20,000 nt of DNA from Neovahlkampfia damariscottae. Taxonomy: Eukaryota. A model generated the notes under the pieces. That model was not told the origin of the DNA and ran no database searches. It was given only the letters and a program-made list of their open reading frames with translations. Positions 10,567-17,773 of this stretch are shown one piece after another. The position numbers and the translations under genes were made by a program. The DNA lies in the NCBI GenBank assembly GCA_016618085.1, contig JABLTG010000111.1, forward strand, positions 47,053 to 67,052, written 5' to 3'. Each line of letters begins with the position of its first letter. The stretch's first letter is position 1.

Positions 10567-10877
10567 ATTATTTTCAAAAGAAAAAAAATAAAAAAAAAAT
10601 TTTTTTACGAAAAATCTAGAAAAGATTATTTCATTTGAAGATCTAAACTCTTTGTTTTAGTCCAATTTTTAATAAAAAAAAAGAATTTATTCTCTTTCTC
10701 TCTGATTTGTCCACAATAAAACTTCCAATGCTTTGAAGATTCCAAAAACAATTTTTAATTTTTTTACAGAGCAGCAAGCACTACTTTAATTAAAAAAAAC
10801 ATTTAAAATGTATTTAATAGACATTTGTTTATTGGTTCCTCAAAAACTAAATTTAGATTTCAATTTCTGTTTGTAAC

Positions 10878-11609
10878 ATGTCCAAAGAACTGATGAAAAA
10901 ATACTATGATGAAAACTCAGATTGTTTCTTAAAGCCTCCGAGTACAAGCTGGTCAGAAGTAAAACCACATAAAAAGAAAGAAATTCAGAAAATCGAAATT
11001 TTAAAAGAAAACCAACAAAACGTTGTCAATCCATATTCAAAATACGATTTAAATTTTTTAAAACAACATAGTGCTTTTCTTTTAAAAAATGTTCTTTCTC
11101 CAGAAGAGTGTCAACACTTCATAAAAGAAACAGAAGAAATTGGATTTCAAAAATTATACGGTTATCATCCAAGTTACCGCAACAACACCAGAATCATAAT
11201 ACAAGATGATGATTTAGTACAGGTTATATTCAACAGAATCAAAAAATTCGTCCCACAAACAGTCACAGATGAACAAGGAAAAATTTGGGAGTTAGTTGGT
11301 ATGAATGAAAGGTTTAGATGGTGCAAATACGTAAAAGGACAACATTTTTCACCTCATTTTGATGCTCATTTTCAAAGAAATTTGAAAGAAAAAAGTTTTT
11401 TCACATTCATGATTTACTTGAATGGTTTTTCAGAAGCCGGTTGTACAAGATTTTTAGATATTGAATCAAAAGATACATTAGAAAAAGTAAAACCAGAATC
11501 TGGTTTGGCTGTCATATTTCCACATAAACTTTATCATGACGGAGAACAATTAGAAAATGATTTGAAATACCTTTGCAGGTCTGATTTAATGTATAAAATG
11601 AAAGAATAA
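10878..11609 (+). CDS. 2-oxoglutarate/Fe(II)-dependent dioxygenase (prolyl-4-hydroxylase-like), 243 aa, no signal peptide
   Basis: NVLSPEEC, RNNTRII, NERFRWCKY, the HxD motif PHFD (11355-11363), TFMIYLN, GCTRF, P-x-x-G-x-AVIF, distal His in LYHDG, and KYLCRSD. Confidence 0.9.
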   Translation: MSKELMKKYYDENSDCFLKPPSTSWSEVKPHKKKEIQKIEILKENQQNVVNPYSKYDLNFLKQHSAFLLKNVLSPEECQHFIKETEEIGFQKLYGYHPSYRNNTRIIIQDDDLVQVIFNRIKKFVPQTVTDEQGKIWELVGMNERFRWCKYVKGQHFSPHFDAHFQRNLKEKSFFTFMIYLNGFSEAGCTRFLDIESKDTLEKVKPESGLAVIFPHKLYHDGEQLENDLKYLCRSDLMYKMKE

Positions 11610-11618
11610 AATTTATTC
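11604..11618. terminator. Palindromic bidirectional stop/poly(A)-signal junction GAATAAA-A-TTTATTC
   Basis: Contains the TAA stops of both convergent genes (11607-11609 on +, 11615-11613 on -), each embedded in AATAAA. Confidence 0.6.
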
Positions 11619-12119
11619 AAATACTTCAAGAGCATCTGAAAATCTTTCAAGTTCATCTGCTTCTTGTTCTAAAACTGTCACAGTTGAACCTCCACAAGAA
11701 GCTTTAGCCATTTGTGCTAAATGCTTTGCGAGTTGAAGATTATGACGATGTTTCATAAAATGTTTGTATCTTATTGTAGTAGGTCTTGAATTTTTCAAAG
11801 CATTTCTGTCAAAAATAAAAATCAAAAAAAAAAAAAAAAAAACTTACACTAACGCTTCACAACTGCATTTTCTGTTTCTTCCTCTAACACAAATATAGTT
11901 TCTATATTTTCTAGCAAGGTACGCATATGAATCGAGTTTTACACCCTTTGAAGAACTACAATGAGCTGTGCAGTAGAGTTTGTAAGGAAGTCGACTTCTA
12001 CAAAGTGCTTTTGTTTCTTCAGAGAGAGTAGCCGCAACTTGTCCAGAAATGCATGTCATTGGTACTGCGACCATTTGATAGAAGATAATCAAAAGAACAA
12101 AGAAAGTGATTTTTATCAT
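11613..12119 (-). CDS. Secreted 8-Cys protein, paralogue A (basic, most divergent), 154 aa; complement(join(11613..11805,11848..12119))
   Basis: 18-aa signal peptide followed by VPMTC. A 42-nt GTAAGT...CAG intron sits at the same position as in B-D. C-terminus is CGGSTVTVLEQEADELERFSDALEVFE. Confidence 0.85.
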
Positions 12120-12225
12120 CCCAACTTCAGTTTCAACAATAAGTTTTGATTGGATGGATGATCATGATTGGTTCAATCAAATAATTTTGAAATTGATGAA
12201 TTTTTTATTTAGAATAAATTTTTTT

Positions 12226-12804
12226 TTATTCTTCATCTTCTTCTGCTAAAGCTTCAAGAGCATCAGCGTATGATTCTAAAGCTTCTGCTTGTTCCACTTC
12301 TAAAGCATTTGATCCACAAGCAACATTTGCTGCATTAGATAAAGCTGTTGCTGTGGAATATTGTCCTCCTTGTTGTAACGCGGAACTAATAAAGAAAATT
12401 AAAAAAAATAAAGTGTCAAACATTAAAGCTGAACATTGACAACTTGTTGAAGTTGTTGCTGGACGAGTCATTCCTCCAGGAGAAACTCCTCCAGGAAATA
12501 ATTTAGCTTTTTTGAATCCTTGAACATTTCCTGGTTGAAGAGGATTTCTTGTGCAAATGTATGAGCCAAAAGTATTTTCAAGTTGTGAGTATGAGTCAAG
12601 TTTGACGGCTCCATTTGGGCAACCTGCTTTACAGTATTTGTTGTAACCAATTGGTGACCATGAACCTGGACCAGCATTCATTGCTGAACCACAGTTTAAG
12701 GTTTCAGCTCCAAGTGTTGTGACACCTCCTCCGATACAAGTCATTGGTACTGACATTGCTTGATAAAATAAAACAAGTACAACAAATAATAATACTTTGT
12801 TCAT
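12226..12804 (-). CDS. Secreted 8-Cys protein, paralogue B, 180 aa; complement(join(12226..12385,12422..12804))
   Basis: Signal peptide followed by VPMTCIGGG. A 36-nt stop-free intron (12386-12421) is inferred from the homologous position in A, C and D. Acidic tail ACGSNALEVEQAEALESYADALEALAEEDEE. Confidence 0.88.
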   Translation of the reverse strand: MNKVLLFVVLVLFYQAMSVPMTCIGGGVTTLGAETLNCGSAMNAGPGSWSPIGYNKYCKAGCPNGAVKLDSYSQLENTFGSYICTRNPLQPGNVQGFKKAKLFPGGVSPGGMTRPATTSTSCQCSALMFDTLFFLIFFISSALQQGGQYSTATALSNAANVACGSNALEVEQAEALESYADALEALAEEDEE

Positions 12805-13007
12805 CTTTTTTTTGTCTGTTTAGTTTGAAAAATGATTGGTTCAAAGAAGATTCATTCGGAATTAATAGATAAATGAGATGTCAGAATTGAACAAAAATTA
12901 AATTATTTTTTTAGAAAAAAAAATCAAGTAATCAACAAATTTTTGTTATTCCGAAATTGAAGTTCAATTTTGTGAGAAGAAATCCTGTAATAGAAAATTC
13001 AACAAAT

Positions 13008-13551
13008 TTATTCTTCTTCTGCTAAGGCTTCAAGAGCATCAGCATATGTTTCCAAGGCTTCTGCTTGTTCCACTTCTAAAGCGTTTGATCCACAAGCAAC
13101 ATTTGAAGCACTAGACAAAGCAGCAGCTACGGAGTGCTTTCCATGTTGTTGTAATTTGGAACTAAAAAAATTAAAAAAAAAAATCAAACATTAAAGTTGA
13201 ACATTTACAATTGCTACCTGATTGAGTTCCATAAATTGAGTATCTGGATGAACTGAATCCTTCAACATTTCCACCTTGAGGATTTTTTGAGCAAATGTAA
13301 GAACTGAAAGAGTTTTTTAGTTGTGAGTATTGATCAAGTTTCACAGCTCCAGCCATACAATTTGCTTTACAATAATAGTTATAACCTGTTGGAGTCCATG
13401 AAGAGCCAATTCCTGGTCCTGTTGTAATCGCTGAGCCACAGTCCAAAGTTTCAGTTCCAAGTGATGCCACACCACCTCCGATACAAGTCATAGGTACAGT
13501 TAAAGTTTGATAGAACAAAACAAAGAAGAGAAGTGCGAGAGTTTTGTTCAT
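13008..13551 (-). CDS. Secreted 8-Cys protein, paralogue C, 171 aa; complement(join(13008..13161,13190..13551))
   Basis: Start at MNKTL (13551) by alignment with the paralogues. 28-nt intron. Exon 2 (not in ORF track) reads ISKLQQHGKHSVAAALSSASNVACGSNALEVEQAEALETYADALEALAEEE. Confidence 0.88.
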
Positions 13552-13651
13552 TCGAGTATGGTATTGATTGGTCAAAAAGTTGACCCACTCCAATTAAAAA
13601 CAATTCATTCTTCATTTGTTGATAGTCAAGAATTTTTTTATTTGACCAATT

Positions 13652-14292
13652 TTATTCTTCTAAAGCTTCAAGAGCATCAACGTATGCTTCTAGTGTTTCT
13701 GCTTGTTCTTCTTCGAGAGTGTTTGAGCTACATGCAACGTTAGCAGCATTTTCTAGAACATTTGCATCTGCATTTTTGTTTTGTTGTCTTAATGCAGAAC
13801 TAAAAAATGATGAAATTAAAAAAATAAATCAAACACTAAAACTGAACATCTACAGCTACTTCCAGATGAAGATGGTTTGATTGAACCTGCCGGTTCATTT
13901 GGTTTCGTTGGCTTTAAGACTCTTACTGGTGGTCTAAATGTAGGTTTTTTTGTTGGTTTTCTAACTGGTTTAGTTGTCTTTCTATATCTTCTGAACCTTC
14001 CAAATCTAAGTACACTTGTAGGTCCATTTTTTGAACAAATGAAATCACTAAATGTCATTTTGAGATAAGAGTAACCATCAAGTTTCACTCTTCCATTTGG
14101 ACAATTAGCTTGGCAATAATAGTTGTATTTAACATGAACAATTGCGTGTTCTCCATTTGCTGAGCTCAATGATGAACCACAACCTAACGTTTGAGCTCCA
14201 AGTGTTGCCACACCACCTCCTATACAAGTCATAGGAACTGATAAGGTTTGATAAAACATCACAAGTACGACGATAACAAAAGTTCTGTTCAT
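13652..14292 (-). CDS. Secreted 8-Cys protein, paralogue D (long Lys/Arg/Pro/Thr-rich loop), 201 aa; complement(join(13652..13799,13835..14292))
   Basis: Signal peptide followed by VPMTCIGGG. 35-nt intron. Exon 2 reads VSALRQQNKNADANVLENAANVACSSNTLEEEQAETLEAYVDALEALEE. Confidence 0.88.
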
Positions 14293-14742
14293 GTCTGTTT
14301 TTTGACGAATAGGATTTGAAAACTGATGTGATTGGCTGGAGTAGAAAATAAATCTTAATTAGAATTAATGGTAAAACTCATGAAAAATTTTTTTATTGAT
14401 TCCATTCCTTCTTACATTTTTTTTTCAATAATCTTTTCATAATGGTGAAGTAGAATAAAACATGATAAAAAAGAATATAAATCTTTCATTGTGAAATCTT
14501 CAGCATGAAAATATGTTTGGGTTTTTAAATTTTTCATCACTTCTTTTTTTCTTTTTCTCTTTAATATTCGTCTTAATAAATCTATTGTCAGAACAAGTTG
14601 CATCATCAATTAAATCACTGAGTATTTTGTCTGGCAACCTCTGGAATCTAATCTTGGAAATCTTGGTTCCTTTTCAACATCCACTATTTGAAATGGAAGG
14701 ACAATCTAATTGGACCAAAAAAAAAATACTTCAACGACAAAA

Positions 14743-15112
14743 ATGTCGATGTCCTCGCTCACTGATGCTTTGGAACTGGAAAAATCGGTTGAGGATAGTT
14801 TAAAAAATCTTCAAGGAGTCACCGGTTTAGGGGTATTAGACCCAAATGGAAGCATATTGAGCGTAAGATCAAAAAAAAATTAAAAAAAAAAAAGAAAGCA
14901 GGTTCGTTTGATAAAAAACCAGAACTATTAGAAGAAATTTTTCAAATGCTAAAAGATGTAAGAGGTTTAGTAAAAAAAGAAAAAGTTGAAAATATCACTG
15001 GTTTGTCTTTAATTTCAATTAAAAAAATTTTTAAGTAAATTTCGATACTTATGAATATATAATCTGTTTTAATGAGAACAAAATTTATGTTGTATTAAAA
15101 AATAAAGAATAA
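14743..15112 (+). CDS. LAMTOR4: Roadblock-fold Ragulator subunit, LAMTOR4-like, 100 aa (not in ORF track); join(14743..14862,14895..15000,15036..15112)
   Basis: Spliced product MSMSSLTDALELEKSVEDSLKNLQGVTGLGVLDPNGSILSKAGSFDKKPELLEEIFQMLKDVRGLVKKEKVENITVNFDTYEYIICFNENKIYVVLKNKE matches the LAMTOR4 pattern (L..G..G..VL...G.IL...G; terminal beta-strands V.F...Y.I.....KIYVV). Introns of 32 and 35 nt. Confidence 0.72.
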
Positions 15113-15122
15113 AATTTATTTA
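15107..15122. terminator. Bidirectional stop/poly(A)-signal junction GAATAAAATTTATTTA
   Basis: Same 14-mer as 11604-11617, lying between the convergent LAMTOR4-like and prefoldin-like stops. Confidence 0.55.
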
Positions 15123-15465
15123 AAAATTTTGAGTTGGATTTGCTTTCCAGGCCTCAAATTCATTTTCTAATTCTCTCGTTTGTTTATAGATTTGATCAAA
15201 TTTTTGTTTTTTTAATTTCAATTCATGTTGTTTTTCCTTGATCAAAGTTTTATAATCTTTTGGAAAATAAACTGAAGACTCACGAACAAAACAAATCTAA
15301 AAAATAAATTTCAATAAAAAATTAACTTTCTCTTTTGAATTCATCAATTCATCAATTAATATCTCCAATTCTTTAACCTTTAAAATTCAATTTTTTTTTT
15401 TTTACTTGTTTGTTTTGTGTGAATACTTCTGTTTGCAAATCGGGTAGTTTTAAAAATTTCTCCAT
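15120..15465 (-). CDS. Small beta-type prefoldin-like protein (ASDURF-like), 95 aa (not in ORF track); complement(join(15120..15296,15327..15377,15406..15465))
   Basis: Two phase-0 GT-AG introns (28 and 30 nt) give MEKFLKLPDLQTEVFTQNKQVKELEILIDELMNSKEKICFVRESSVYFPKDYKTLIKEKQHELKLKKQKFDQIYKQTRELENEFEAWKANPTQNF, a helix / beta-hairpin / helix layout. CCAAT lies 4 nt upstream of the ATG and the gene ends in TAAATAAA. Confidence 0.72.
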
Positions 15466-15529
15466 TTTTATTGGATCAAAAAAATCCACCAATAAAACTT
15501 CATATAAATTTACCCTTTCTCTAACGGCC
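15466..15529. promoter_or_regulatory. 64-nt bidirectional promoter with back-to-back CCAAT motifs
   Basis: Divergent ATGs at 15465(-) and 15530(+). ATTGG at 15470-15474 and CCAAT at 15489-15493 each point toward one gene. Confidence 0.6.
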
Positions 15530-17724
15530 ATGAACAACAGTTTACTGGGTAGTTTTGAAGAAATAGAACTATATGAGTCTTATCAAAAGTTCATATTGGC
15601 ACCAAAAATCAAAGTACCAAATCGTCATCGAGTACAAAAAACTCAGTCAAACTATGAGCATTTATTAATTATTGACAGGTAAATAAACAAAATCAGTTTT
15701 GACTATTTCTTCAGACATAGTCAAAAAATGGAACAACTTAAAGGTTCAAACTTTTTTTTTAATTCTCAAAAAAAAAATAGTTGAAGAAGAGAAAGCATAT
15801 TCTTTATTTAAGACTATGAAATCAATGACAAGAATTTATGGTCTTTTAGGTGTCGTTGAACTTTTAGCAGGTTCTTATCTTGTAGTTGTACTAGAACGTG
15901 AATTTGTAGGTTTTCTTCATCACCACAAAAGTAAGAAAAAAAAAAAAAAAATTCAAACTTGAAAGTATATCTTTTGAAGAAAATACAACTGATTCCTTTT
16001 ACACTTTCAAAATTCCAAAAGCTTAGTAACCTCAAAAAAAGTCGTGAAATTTCCTACATTGAAATGATTCATCAAGTTTATGTGTTGGAAAAAAGTTTTT
16101 ATTTTTCATACACTTTTGATTTGACAAGATCTATTCAAGACCAACGTAATGGATTTGATATTGAAAAAACATGTGAAGAATTCTTTTATAACAAAAATTT
16201 ATCAACTCAAATTCTAAAATTTCCAGGATATGCTCTTCCAATGATTAGAGGTTATGTTGAAATTGTTAAAACTCAAGTGAACAAGAAAATTGTTTATTAT
16301 GGAGTTATTTCAAGAGTTGGTTGTAAAAGAGTTGGTACAAGATATAATTGTAGGGGTGCTGATTTAGAAGGAAATGTTGCAAATTATACAGAAACTGAAC
16401 AATTCTTAACTTGTAAGTGTTTTTTTGTTGTTTGAAACTTATTTGAAAAGATGAAGGAAAATTATGTTCGTTTGTTGAAATTAGAGGATCTATTCCACTC
16501 CTTTGGACTCAATTTCCTGATTTACGTTATACACCAGAAATTAAATTTTCTGATAAAGATCCAAAGAAACACGTAAGTTCAATTCCTTTGGTGGAACTAA
16601 TTTTTTTTTTGTAGAGAGAAGCTTTCATCAAACATTTCACAAAACTAATCAAAAGAAGAGGAAAAACAACAGTTGTCAATCTCACAAAAGAGTCATCTCA
16701 TGAACAAGTCATCACAGAAACATTTGGAAGATTCTTGGAAAAAACAAAATTTACACCTGAAATTAAATACGTCTATTTCAATTTCCATCATGAAACAAAA
16801 GGTTTAAACATGGATAAAACAAATATTTTATTAGATAGATTAAAAGACACAATGGTTGAAATGAAATATTATTGTGAAGATATCACAGAAAAATCCAAAA
16901 GACGTTCAATCAATGATCCAATTGTCAAGATTTTTCCAAATGAAATTAATACAAATAGAAAAGATTCAGCTGTTCATATCTCATCAGATGATATTCATTT
17001 TGCAAAATCATCCATTGATTCTAATGAAGATAAACAAAAAGATTCATTACATTTAGGTGAAAGTATGGACACAGTTGAAAAGAAAGTTGATCTTGATCAA
17101 TCAAAAACTGAAGAAGATTTATTATTAGATTTTGATTCTTCAACAGATTCAATCAAAGAAGAAGAAAACAAACCAGAAATTCCAGTACCTTTAATCATTC
17201 AAAAAGAAGAAATCAAAATTGAACCAATGACATCTTCATTTGAAGATCAATCCTTTCTTCAACTTCACAAACCAAAAGTTTTATCAAAACAAAATGGAAT
17301 CTTTCGTGTCAATTGTATTGATTGTTGTGATAGAACAAATGTTGTTGAAACTTATATTGCAAGAAAAGTTTTAAGAGCTCAATTTATTGAACTTGGTATT
17401 TTAATAGGTGACCAAAAATTCTCAGAACTGACAAATTTCAATAAAATTATCAATCATGTTTGGGCAAATAATGGAGATGCTGTTTCACGTTTATATGCAG
17501 GAACAACAGCTTTAATGGGTGATTATACAAGAAGCGGTGAAAGAACAATCTCAGGTTTATTAAATGATGGTTATAATTCAGCCATGAGATATGTACAAAA
17601 TAACTTCAGAGATTCCGACAGACAAAGAAGTATTGATTTGTCATTGGGTATTTTAGACATCCATTCAAAAGCTGAAGAGGAATTACAAAAAAGTGAAAGT
17701 ATTTCTGATATGTTATTATTTTAA
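15530..17724 (+). CDS. SAC1-family (SAC-domain) phosphoinositide phosphatase without C-terminal TM helices, ~668 aa; join(15530..15678,15715..15743,15781..15930,15966..16412,16451..16572,16615..17724)
   Basis: IYGLLGVVEL, FYFSYTFDLT, LPMIRGYV, ISR...GTRYNCRGADLEGNVANYTETEQ, SFVEIRGSIPLLWTQ, catalytic RVNCIDCCDRTNV (17305-17343), WANNGDAVSRLYAGT and NNFRDSDRQ. Five introns of 35-42 nt; the first acceptor could alternatively be 15720, also in frame. Confidence 0.92.
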
Positions 17725-17773
17725 ATAAAAATTATTTTACTGTTAACCAATCGAAAGTTTTAGAGCTTCGAAA

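Noticed and set aside
10878..14292. The oxygenase plus four secreted precursors as a RiPP-like or prolyl-hydroxylation cluster (paralogue D has a Pro-rich loop)
   Set aside because: The oxygenase has no signal peptide, so it is probably in a different compartment from secretory substrates. Adjacency means little where all genes abut. Conserved synteny or co-expression would be needed.
14440..14510. Possible selenoprotein (Cys-TGA in ...NIFSC-TGA-RF... on the minus strand)
   Set aside because: The frame lacks a start codon, there is no redox-fold context, and I could not identify a SECIS-like hairpin.
4293..17724. Non-standard genetic code, frameshifting or pseudogenisation as the cause of the broken ORFs
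   Set aside because: Every break in the recognisable genes is resolved by a short GT-AG intron that restores the frame and conserved motifs. No in-frame stop remains in the spliced models.
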